Below are positions 28,453-37,943 of a stretch of 64,000 nucleotides of DNA, one piece after another. Under the pieces are notes generated by a model. The model worked only from the letters and a program-made list of their open reading frames with translations. It was not told the origin of the DNA and searched no databases. The position numbers and the translations under genes are program-made. Origin of the DNA: Thermodesulfobacteriota bacterium (GTDB lineage Bacteria; Desulfobacterota; Desulfobacteria; Desulfobacterales; Desulfatirhabdiaceae); assembly GCA_040755275.1 (NCBI GenBank), contig JBFMBE010000002.1, positions 4,180 to 68,179 of the forward strand, read 5' to 3'. How positions within the stretch are numbered: the stretch's first letter is position 1; every line of letters starts with the position of its first letter.

Positions 28453-28606
28453 ACACAGCTCTTGTACGAAAAGGGCGGGCTCAATCCCGACAACCTTCCC
28501 GAGGAGGCCATGTTCAACGTCGAGGAAGATTACCTGGTTTATGCACGCATGCTGGCGAGGGATACGGGCAAAGGGCAAAAAGCAGTGGTGAAAGGGAAAA
28601 GATAAC

Positions 28607-29862
<1,256 letters not shown>

Positions 29863-30001
29863 CTCCGGCGATGGAAGAGAAAACGGGACGACGGCGAGAT
29901 CGATGGCGGATATGTGGCAACTCTCCAACAAGTTGCCTGGTCATTGCCTCGTTTTAGAGATTACGATTCCCCGGTATCCCATCCCTTCCCGTTTGTTTCT
30001 G

Positions 30002-30865
30002 TCATTGTGCGAACTCATAGGTCGCGCTCATGATGCGCCCGCGCCAATAAGGCTTGGGTCCCTCGGGAAGTAGCCATGCCACCTCGCCTTCCATCGGGAT
30101 GGTCATCCCGGCATGTTGTTCGTATGATCTCCACCGGCCTTCCCAGGGGGTTGGAATGACAGCTCCTTCGACAGTGCGTCCGCGCGCCTCCGAACGTACC
30201 GATTCGATCAGCCCGTTTTCATGGAAGCGAAACAGCATCTTTAGTGTGTAACCGCCATCTTTCATCGTCGCCTCGGCAGAGGTTTCATCCACTTCTTTCC
30301 ACAGGACCCCCTGGCTCGGTAAAAGCGCCGTCGGGTACCAGGCGGCTTCAGCGAAAAAGCGCATCAGTTCACCCTGCGCAACGTCCGGTGTGCCGCGCAG
30401 ATTGACCAGCGATATGAGTCCGAACAACGACGCATGGAGAATCCCTTCACCGGCGATGTAGGCGTCATGAACGCGTACCGCCAGACCAGGAATCATCGAT
30501 ATGCGTGCTTCCCAGTCGAAGCCCGGTCGTTGGGTGATCACGCGCTGGGTCGAGGTGAACGGTCTCCACTGCTCGCCGGTTTCACTCATGTTGAACGTGC
30601 CGGCCTGCTCGACGCTGACAGCCGAGACGATGGGTTGCCCGTCCTTGAGTACGGTTCGAAAGTATCTTTGAACCGGTACGGGTAATCCGATCAATTCGCT
30701 GGATCTATATGTCTTGGCAACGAGCGGAAGACGAGCCGCCTCAAGCTTTGCATGGATTTCTCTTGTAGCGGATTGCCACCGACTGGATCCATAGGCGATT
30801 ACAGCGGCGATCATCCCCACCAGCCCGAACCATGTGATCAGAATCACCTTCCCCATTTCCGTCAT
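30002..30865 (-). CDS. conserved hypothetical protein with N-terminal membrane anchor
   Basis: 287-aa ORF. One N-terminal TM (VILITWFGLVGMIAAVIAY), then a beta-rich soluble domain (LPVPVQRYF...GFDWEARI...AAWYPTALL). I recall similar DUF-type proteins but cannot name the family with confidence. Confidence 0.6.
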   Translation of the reverse strand: MTEMGKVILITWFGLVGMIAAVIAYGSSRWQSATREIHAKLEAARLPLVAKTYRSSELIGLPVPVQRYFRTVLKDGQPIVSAVSVEQAGTFNMSETGEQWRPFTSTQRVITQRPGFDWEARISMIPGLAVRVHDAYIAGEGILHASLFGLISLVNLRGTPDVAQGELMRFFAEAAWYPTALLPSQGVLWKEVDETSAEATMKDGGYTLKMLFRFHENGLIESVRSEARGRTVEGAVIPTPWEGRWRSYEQHAGMTIPMEGEVAWLLPEGPKPYWRGRIMSATYEFAQ

Positions 30866-31088
30866 CCGTACAGCCGAAGGCTGCGATTCAGCCTCGGCGG
30901 AACGCCTTCCGCTGAAACCGGTTATTCAAAAAAGCCGCTTCGCGGGAATATTTCCTGATTCAACGCCTGATCATTGTCCAGGAAATCCCGTGTATTGCTA
31001 TCCTGTTGTTTCAGAACGGCTTATAAAGAAGGCCGGATGCCGCGTCAAGAAGATTGGCTCGCCTGTGGCCCATTTTTGAAGTCGTACA

Positions 31089-31410
31089 GATGATGGTCTC
31101 GCCAAAAGGAGCTTTTTCCGGTGCTTTTCGTAAATGACGGGCATCAGCGGGGAGGCTGGGTAAGCCTTTTGAGCTTGCTGCGAAAAAGGTTCCCCAGTCA
31201 CCCCGCGACTCGACAGAGACTTCCTGACTTGTTGCGACGCCATCAAACTTGAGCAGCCCCATCTTGTGAAATCGGGCGGATGGTCCAAAGAGAAACGATG
31301 ATTGGATGTAATACAACGCAATGTTTTTCAAAAGAAATGGCTTGAAGCTGGCCCGGCCGATCCAGCGATCTCCGACTGCATCAAACAGTTTCCGCATCCC
31401 TCGCCATGGC
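31089..31410. repeat. composite interspersed repeat (X-proximal, Y, Z-like and inverted X-distal modules)
   Basis: 31089-31185 aligns to 44987-45085. 31185-31245 carries GGTTCCCCAGTCACCCCGCGACTCGACAGAGACTTCCTGACTTGTTGCGACGCCATC. The inverse of 31300-31410 aligns at ~70% by eye to 45083-45165. The last part overlaps the 3' end of the mvhD ORF. Confidence 0.7.
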
Positions 31411-31852
31411 AGGCCGTCATGATGGAGGGTGCGATTCCGGTTTTGACCATTCGTCTCATCGGGCCGAGGGCTTCCACCGTCTGGCAGACGTAGCGGGCTG
31501 TGTCCGCAAATTTGGTGGATTCGGCGGATGAAATCCAGGAAAAATGCAGTCTTCCCGGTTCGATGCCCGTATGCTCCAGCAGGTTTTTCAGCAAGGCGAA
31601 CTTGCGGCGGGCGTAGAAATTCCCTTCGATGTAGTGACAATCCCCGGGATGGCATCCCGATATCCATACCCCATCCGCGCCCTGCATGAAGGCGCTCAAG
31701 ATGAATTTCGGGCTGACCCGTCCGCTGCAAGGCACACGGATGACCCGGATGTAGGGGGGATACTCCAATCGGCTTACGCCCGCAAGGTCTGCGGCACCAT
31801 ACGTACACCAGTTACACAAGAATGCGACGATTTTCGGCTTCCAGTCAGTCAT
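31328..31852 (-). CDS. mvhD: MvhD-family (methyl-viologen-reducing hydrogenase delta subunit-like) [2Fe-2S] protein, third copy
   Basis: ATG 31852 (MTDWKPKIVAFLCNWCTYGAADLAGVSR...VPCSGRV...GADGVWISGCHPGDCHY) lies within track ORF 31328..31942. The last ~25 codons read into repeat-derived sequence. Confidence 0.85.
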   Translation of the reverse strand: MTDWKPKIVAFLCNWCTYGAADLAGVSRLEYPPYIRVIRVPCSGRVSPKFILSAFMQGADGVWISGCHPGDCHYIEGNFYARRKFALLKNLLEHTGIEPGRLHFSWISSAESTKFADTARYVCQTVEALGPMRRMVKTGIAPSIMTACHGEGCGNCLMQSEIAGSAGPASSHFF

Positions 31853-32012
31853 GCATTTCTCCCGGTTGGTTTCGAACGTCTTTGGTTGGTCATTGGCTTG
31901 TAACGAGGCACTGTGTGTCGTGCCCCAGGACTTCTGCAACATCCTCAGTTCCTATGGATGGATGGCAGGGGATGCGCAATATCAATTCCTATTGATGCAC
32001 CCCCTGGATATG

Positions 32013-32738
32013 TCAACTGTTCAGAATTCCCTCGATGACCGAGGTGAACGGACGGGTCATTTTCCGAAGGGCCAGATGGCGGGTAAGGTCGATCGGGCCT
32101 GAATCCGCGACGGCATGCTCGAAGCTCAGTTTCGGATCGAAGGGGGTGAGGTAAATGACACGAACGTCGTCCGGATCCACCAGAACGGCTTTCGGGAATT
32201 TCTTGCGTACTTCGGCAATCCGCTGATCGGCCAGCTTGCGGACCTTGTCTCGATCGCCGAAGGTCATAGCGCCGGTAGGACAGCTCTGCACACAGGCGGG
32301 CAGCAACCCGTTGTGAACCCGGTCGTTACACATGTCGCATTTGGCGAGCGTTCCGTCTTCCGATTTTCGAGGAATGTGGTACGGGCAGGACGCGATGATG
32401 TCATCGGCCTTCAGGAACCGGGTTTCTGCCGAATAGAGTACGGCGCCGGTTGCCGGGTCCGTATAGATGGCTCCGGGCTCGCCTGCCGTGTCCTGACAGG
32501 GGGGTGATATACAATGGCGGCACTGTTCCGGAAAAAAGAGCCAGTACAATCGGTTGTCCACCACCGTTTCCCGCATGCGGACGAGTTTGTAGGTATTGAA
32601 GGAAAGATCGGCCGGGTTTTCGTACGTGCCGCGATTCTTCGTGATTTCGGCCGGAAGATCGTGCCACTGTTTGCAGGCCACCTGGCAGCCCCTGCAAGCC
32701 GTGCATAGGGTCGTATCGATCAAGAATGCTTTGTCCAT
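32013..32738 (-). CDS. fdhB: formate dehydrogenase iron-sulfur (beta) subunit, no membrane anchor
   Basis: 241 aa with 4Fe-4S ferredoxin motifs (CTACRGCQVACK, CRHCISPPC, CDMC...CVQSCP). Sits immediately downstream of fdhA. Confidence 0.9.
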   Translation of the reverse strand: MDKAFLIDTTLCTACRGCQVACKQWHDLPAEITKNRGTYENPADLSFNTYKLVRMRETVVDNRLYWLFFPEQCRHCISPPCQDTAGEPGAIYTDPATGAVLYSAETRFLKADDIIASCPYHIPRKSEDGTLAKCDMCNDRVHNGLLPACVQSCPTGAMTFGDRDKVRKLADQRIAEVRKKFPKAVLVDPDDVRVIYLTPFDPKLSFEHAVADSGPIDLTRHLALRKMTRPFTSVIEGILNS

Positions 32739-32752
32739 TCAGACACCTCCCT

Positions 32753-35700
32753 TCATTTCTTCGAAACGTTCGCCATGAACGTCTTGGTTTCCGGAATTCG
32801 GGTGTTGGAATCTCCAGCGAATGGCGTCAGCACATTGGCGCTTTCCTCGGTTCCAGACGCCGGCCAGCGCCATCCAAAATTGTAGGGAAGTCCGATTGGG
32901 TAGACGAGGGTGCCTGCGATTTTCATCGGCTTGAACCGCTTGGTGACGATAGCTGTGGCTTCCATGGAGCCTCTGGCGGTGCTGACGATGACCCGCTCGC
33001 CGTTCTGAATGTGTTTGAGTGCTGCAAGCTCCTCGCTCATTTCGACGAAAACCTGGGGCTGAAGTTCCAGCAGCCAGGGCTGCGGTCGTGTCATGAGGCC
33101 CGTCTGCCAGTGTTCGGACACCCGATAGGTCGAGCAGACGTAGGGATATTTGGGATCGCAGGTTGCAGCAAACCGGTCTGCATCTGTCGAGTAAATCGGC
33201 ATCGTGGGGCTGTGCAGCTGGTCGCTCAATGGATTCTTTTCAATGGGGCATTCCATGGCTTCGTAGTGCTCGGGGAAGGGGCCGTCGTTCAGCCCTGGGC
33301 CAAAAAGCTGGCCAAAGCCATGCAAGGTCATGATGAAGGGATGTTTTCCGTTCGGATTGGGTTTGCCGTCGGCATCGGCCAGCGGGGGTGCTGGTCCGTC
33401 CGGGACATCTCCGACCCATTTGCCGTTTTCCCACTTGATCACCCATCGTTTCGCACAGGAGGGCTGTCCCTTCAAATCGACGGATGCACGGTTATAGAGA
33501 ATCCGGCGGTTGACCGGCCAGGCCCAGGCAAATTCCGGGTAGAGCCCGATCTGGTTGGCGGCGTCATCCGTCTTGCGACGGGCGGACATGTTTCCGGCAT
33601 CCGTATAACTGCCGGAATATATCCAGCAACCGCATGCCGTGCTGCCGTCGGCCTGAAGCAGGGCGAAGGTAGGCACCTGTTTTCCGGCCTTGTATTCCGT
33701 ATCACCGATCTTGATGTCTCGGGTGAAGGTGCCGTTGATGATCTTGGCGACCTTGTGGGAATCGAATTGATGGCCGGTCCTGTAGTCCCATTTGAGGTTC
33801 ACAATTGGATCCAGAAAGACGCCACCGTCCTTCTGGTAAATTTCCTTCAGTTTGAGACCGAGCTCCAGAATGATGTCGCCGTCCGGACGGCTGTTGCCGA
33901 GCGGTTTGGGTCCTGCATAACGCCACTGCATCCAGCGTCCGCTGTTGGTAATGCTGCCTTCCTTTTCCACCGAAACGCAGGCCGGTAGCATGAAGACTTC
34001 GGTGCCGATGTTTGTCGGTTTCATGCCGGGGCCCTTCCAGAAGGAGCCGGTTTCGTTGTCGAAAAGGTTGACGTTGACCATCCAGTCGAGATTGCACAGG
34101 GCTTTGCGAACCTTGTTGGCGTTTGCGCCGCTGCAGGCCGGGTTCATTCCCCAGGCGAACAAGCCCTTGATGGTGCGCTGGTACATTTGATCGAAGAGAT
34201 CGAGCCAGGAATAGGATTTTCCGTCGTCCAGCTTGGGCATCCAGGGATACCCGAACTCGTTTTCGGCCGTCGCTGTCTCGCCGAACATGGCCTTGAGATA
34301 GCTCACGATGTACTTGGGTTCGTTCTGCCACCAGTTGAGGCTCAAGGGATCCTTGCTTTGGGGCCGGCGTTTGAGAACGTCTTCCAGTTTTTGAAATTTC
34401 GCCGTGGGAACGCCGACATACCCGGGCCAGATGTGGAACAGAAGACCGTGGTCCGTCGAGCCCTGAACATTGGATTCACCACGGAGCGCATTGACACCAC
34501 CGCCTGCGATACCGACATTGCCCAGCAGCAGCTGAATGATGGCCATCGTCCGAATGATCTGAACGCCGACGGTGTGCTGGGTCCACCCCATGGCGTAGAG
34601 AATGGTTCCGGCCTTATCCGGTTTCCCGGTGGCAGCAAAGGCTTTGTAAACGGCCAGCAAATCCGCTTCGCTCGTACCGGTGACCGAGGAGACGGTCTTC
34701 AGGTCATAGCGAGAATAATGCTTCTTCAGCTGATTGAATACACAAAGCGGATCCTTCAGGCTCATATCCCGTTTGGGCTTGCCGTCTGCATCGAGTTGGA
34801 AAGCCCATTTCGACTTGTCGTATGAACGGGTTTTCGGGTCGAAGCCTGCAAACAGGCCTTTTTCAAATTTGTATTCCGGATTGAGGATGAAAGCGGCGTT
34901 GGTGTAGTGCAGTACATATTCCGTCTGAAACAGGCTATTTTGAAGAATGTAGTGGATCATGCCACCCAGAAAGGCGATATCGGATCCGGATCGTACCGGA
35001 GCGTAGATATCCGCCTTGGATGAGGTCCGGGTGAACCGCGGATCGACGCTGACAAGAGTTGCCCCGTTTCGCTGGGCTTCGGTAACCCATTTGAATGAAA
35101 TGGGGTGGGTCTCTGCGGCGTTGCTGCCCATGACGAGAATACAGTCGCTGTTCTTCATGTCGATGAAGTGATTGGTCATGGCACCCCGGCCATAGGTTTC
35201 GGCCAGGGCCGGAACCGTACTGCTGTGGCAGAGGCGGGCCTGATGTTCGATATAGACGAGGCCGAGGGCTCGCATCAGGGCCTGGTATATCCAGCATTCC
35301 TCGTTGTCGAAGGCGGCGCTTCCGACAGATGCAATGGCCTCCGTGCGGTTGACGAGCTGACCGGTGGCATTGGTTTTGATAAAGGTGGCGTCCCGGGTTT
35401 TCTTCACGCGCTGAGCGATGCGGTCAATGGCCCAATCCCAGGAGACTTCTTCCCATTTGTCGGAAAACGGCGCCCTGTACATCGGGGTCAACAGCCGGTT
35501 TGTGTTTTCGGCGAGTCCTTTTAAACCGGCCCCTTTCGAACAAAGTGCCCCCCGATTGATGACATGATCCGGATCGCCTTCGATGTTGATGATGCGACCG
35601 TCTCCTTTCTTGCTCGTGTGGACCAGCGCTCCGCATCCGACCCCGCAGTAACAACAAATCGTCGTGGTTTCTTTGGCATATCGGGTTTTGAGCATTTGGG

Positions 35701-35803
35701 CATGGCTCTGAACCGGTTTTAAATCGAATCCCAACGTTCCGACCGCCATTCCGGCAACCATAGCGCCCGAGATCTTCAGAAAATCTCTTCGATCGACCTT
35801 CAT
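32753..35803 (-). CDS. fdhA: Tat-exported molybdo/tungstopterin formate dehydrogenase catalytic subunit (Cys type)
   Basis: ATG 35803 is preceded by GGAGG. Twin-arginine signal MKVDRRDFLKISGAMVAGMAVG. N-terminal [4Fe-4S] motif CCYCGVGCG. At the active site it has ARLCHSS where Sec-type enzymes carry U, so the ORF is uninterrupted. Confidence 0.95.
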   Translation of the reverse strand: MKVDRRDFLKISGAMVAGMAVGTLGFDLKPVQSHAQMLKTRYAKETTTICCYCGVGCGALVHTSKKGDGRIINIEGDPDHVINRGALCSKGAGLKGLAENTNRLLTPMYRAPFSDKWEEVSWDWAIDRIAQRVKKTRDATFIKTNATGQLVNRTEAIASVGSAAFDNEECWIYQALMRALGLVYIEHQARLCHSSTVPALAETYGRGAMTNHFIDMKNSDCILVMGSNAAETHPISFKWVTEAQRNGATLVSVDPRFTRTSSKADIYAPVRSGSDIAFLGGMIHYILQNSLFQTEYVLHYTNAAFILNPEYKFEKGLFAGFDPKTRSYDKSKWAFQLDADGKPKRDMSLKDPLCVFNQLKKHYSRYDLKTVSSVTGTSEADLLAVYKAFAATGKPDKAGTILYAMGWTQHTVGVQIIRTMAIIQLLLGNVGIAGGGVNALRGESNVQGSTDHGLLFHIWPGYVGVPTAKFQKLEDVLKRRPQSKDPLSLNWWQNEPKYIVSYLKAMFGETATAENEFGYPWMPKLDDGKSYSWLDLFDQMYQRTIKGLFAWGMNPACSGANANKVRKALCNLDWMVNVNLFDNETGSFWKGPGMKPTNIGTEVFMLPACVSVEKEGSITNSGRWMQWRYAGPKPLGNSRPDGDIILELGLKLKEIYQKDGGVFLDPIVNLKWDYRTGHQFDSHKVAKIINGTFTRDIKIGDTEYKAGKQVPTFALLQADGSTACGCWIYSGSYTDAGNMSARRKTDDAANQIGLYPEFAWAWPVNRRILYNRASVDLKGQPSCAKRWVIKWENGKWVGDVPDGPAPPLADADGKPNPNGKHPFIMTLHGFGQLFGPGLNDGPFPEHYEAMECPIEKNPLSDQLHSPTMPIYSTDADRFAATCDPKYPYVCSTYRVSEHWQTGLMTRPQPWLLELQPQVFVEMSEELAALKHIQNGERVIVSTARGSMEATAIVTKRFKPMKIAGTLVYPIGLPYNFGWRWPASGTEESANVLTPFAGDSNTRIPETKTFMANVSKK

Positions 35804-35876
35804 GGGACAACCTCCTTTTCGTTCGGGTAAGACTACTCCCAATATACAGTAGGTTGCGTGTTTGCGTTTCCGCTGA

Positions 35877-36812
35877 TCAATTCACCACGGGCCTTGGCAA
35901 AAGCCCAGCCCGTTCGGCGATCTCCGGAACCCGATGTTCCCATTCGATGGCCATCAGATGAACCCCGGCCACCCCCTTCATCGTCTTGAATTCCTCGATC
36001 TGCTCCAGGCAGAACCGGATCCCCTCTTCGGCCACCTTGGTCTTTTCCACCCCCTTCAGCCGTTTGATGAGCGATTCGGGCACATCCATGCCCGGGACCT
36101 GCTTGGCCATGTAGTTGGCCATACCGACACTCTTCATCGGTGTGACTCCGGCCAGGATATAGCATTTTTCCGTCAGCCCCATGTCGTTGGCCTGCCGGAT
36201 GAACTCCCGGAACCGTTCCATGTTGTAGATGCACTGGGTCTGAATGAAATCGGCGCCTGCGGCGATTTTCTTGGCGAGGCGGTAGACGCGGAATTCATAA
36301 GGTTCCGCGAACGGATTGGATGCGGCTCCGATGAAGAGTTTGGGCGGCACGTCGATGGGCTCGCCGTTGAAGAATTTCCCTTCATCCCGCATCGTTTTGG
36401 CAAGGGAGATGAGCTGCATCGAATCGATGTCGTAAACGTTCTTCGCTTGGGGATGGTTGCCGAATTTCTGATGGTCGCCGGAGAGGCACAGCATGTTGCG
36501 GACACCCATGGCGTAAACCCCCAGGATGTCCGACTGCATGGCCAGCCGGTTGCGATCCCGGCAGACCATCTGAAAATTTGGCTCGACCCCTTCCTGTACC
36601 ATGATGGCCGATGCAGCCCAGCTCGACAGGCGAACGACCGCCGTCTGATTGTCCGTCACGTTGACGGCGTCTACCACTCCTTTCAGATGAAGGAATTTCT
36701 CGCGGAGATGCTCGACATTTGCACCTTTGGGCGGACCGCATTCTCCGGTGAGGGCAAAGTGACCGGCCTTGAGTACTTTTTCCAGATTGCTTCCCGATTT
36801 GAGATCATCCAT
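35877..36812 (-). CDS. metF: methylenetetrahydrofolate reductase, acetogen/sulfate-reducer type
   Basis: 311 aa (LEKVLKAGHFALTGECGPPKG...AVNVTDNQ...). The start overlaps the metV stop by 8 nt. Confidence 0.92.
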   Translation of the reverse strand: MDDLKSGSNLEKVLKAGHFALTGECGPPKGANVEHLREKFLHLKGVVDAVNVTDNQTAVVRLSSWAASAIMVQEGVEPNFQMVCRDRNRLAMQSDILGVYAMGVRNMLCLSGDHQKFGNHPQAKNVYDIDSMQLISLAKTMRDEGKFFNGEPIDVPPKLFIGAASNPFAEPYEFRVYRLAKKIAAGADFIQTQCIYNMERFREFIRQANDMGLTEKCYILAGVTPMKSVGMANYMAKQVPGMDVPESLIKRLKGVEKTKVAEEGIRFCLEQIEEFKTMKGVAGVHLMAIEWEHRVPEIAERAGLLPRPVVN

Positions 36813-37479
36813 GTTGGATCAATTCCTCCCTTCGGCTTCTTCGAAGTCCTCCATCCCGGGCGGTCTGCCAGTTCTTGGCGGGGAACACCTGAAGCAGATC
36901 GTTCAAGCGGCCCAGCTCCATTTTCTTACGAACGATCTTGTCCCAGATGCAATCGACATTCTTGGCGATTTCGCACTTGCCGTGATCCGATCCCCCGCAG
37001 GGACCGTTCATGAGACTCTTGGAGCAGCGGGCGATCGGGCACAGTCCGTCGAAATGATGGATGATGCATGTGCCGCAGCCGGCACAGCGCTCTTCCCAGA
37101 TGCCGTGGGCGACGGCTCCTCCAAAGAAGGTCGTGTTGACTGCCGGATAGAATCGCTGGTCTGGATAGGCTTCCGACAGAAACTGGGGCCCAACGCCGCA
37201 GGCCATGGAGATGACGGCGTCATAGTCGTTGACGCGGTCCTGAATCATGGCGATGTATTCCGGGTCGCACTGGCGCTCGAGCAGGGTCTCATCTACGTGC
37301 AGAGGACGGCCTTCCTTCTTGCGGGCGATTTTCAGGGTGGCGGCCAAAATCTGAACTTCCTTGAGACCGCCGACATTGCAGACGGTCACACAGCCCTTGC
37401 ATCCCACCACGAGGATGTTCGAGCAGTCCTTCACCATATCCAGAATTTCATGAATGGATTTACGGTCGGCGACGATCAT
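36805..37479 (-). CDS. metV: methylene-THF reductase small Fe-S/zinc-ribbon subunit MetV
   Basis: ATG 37479 lies within track ORF 36805..37725. Cys-rich (VVGCKGCVTVCNVGG; CAGCGTCIIHHFDGLCPIARCSKSLMNGPCGG). ATGA overlap with the upstream mvhD stop. Confidence 0.88.
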   Translation of the reverse strand: MIVADRKSIHEILDMVKDCSNILVVGCKGCVTVCNVGGLKEVQILAATLKIARKKEGRPLHVDETLLERQCDPEYIAMIQDRVNDYDAVISMACGVGPQFLSEAYPDQRFYPAVNTTFFGGAVAHGIWEERCAGCGTCIIHHFDGLCPIARCSKSLMNGPCGGSDHGKCEIAKNVDCIWDKIVRKKMELGRLNDLLQVFPAKNWQTARDGGLRRSRREELIQHG

Positions 37480-37925
37480 GGCATTCCTTCCTGGGTTGGG
37501 CATGTTTGCGAAGACGAAGCGAGCGGGGTGGGGCCGAGTTTTCGGATGCGTTCGGTCATTTGGATGGCGATTTCGGCGAATCGTGGGCCCATGGCCGAGC
37601 TCAGATTGAACATGTCGATCCGGTCGGGTTCGATGCCGATTTCTTCGAGGGTCTTCTGGACATAGGCCACCCGCTTCTTTGCCTTGAGATTCCCCGATAC
37701 GAAGTGACAGTCCCCTTCCATGCATCCGGCGACGTAGACCCCGTCGGCTCCGTCCTCGAAGGCTTTCAGCAGATGGATGATGTCCACTCTACCTGTACAG
37801 GGAACCTGGGTGATCTTGACGTTGCTCGGGTAGTTCAGGCGCATGGAGCCGGCCAAATCCGCCGCAGCATAGGCGCAGTATTTACAGCAGAATGCGATCA
37901 GTGTCGGTTCGAACGGTTCGGTCAT
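37476..37925 (-). CDS. mvhD: MvhD-family [2Fe-2S] protein, first copy
   Basis: 149 aa (LIAFCCKYCAYAAADLAGSMR...VPCTGRV...GADGVYVAGCMEGDCHF). Confidence 0.92.
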   Translation of the reverse strand: MTEPFEPTLIAFCCKYCAYAAADLAGSMRLNYPSNVKITQVPCTGRVDIIHLLKAFEDGADGVYVAGCMEGDCHFVSGNLKAKKRVAYVQKTLEEIGIEPDRIDMFNLSSAMGPRFAEIAIQMTERIRKLGPTPLASSSQTCPTQEGMP

Positions 37926-37943
37926 TGGGCTCTTCTCCCTGGT

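Noticed and set aside
28462-28605. A small ORF between corA and the MNT gene. ATG 28510 is preceded by GAGGAGG and encodes MFNVEEDYLVYARMLARDTGKGQKAVVKGKR.
   Set aside because: The SD is good, but the ORF is only 31 codons, has no recognisable family and has no support beyond the SD. It may be real, but it cannot be supported from sequence alone.
32753-35803. A selenocysteine (TGA) codon or SECIS element in fdhA, and Sec in the hdrA or mvhD genes.
   Set aside because: The ORFs are uninterrupted. FdhA has Cys at the active-site position (ARLCHSS), so it is a Cys-type enzyme.
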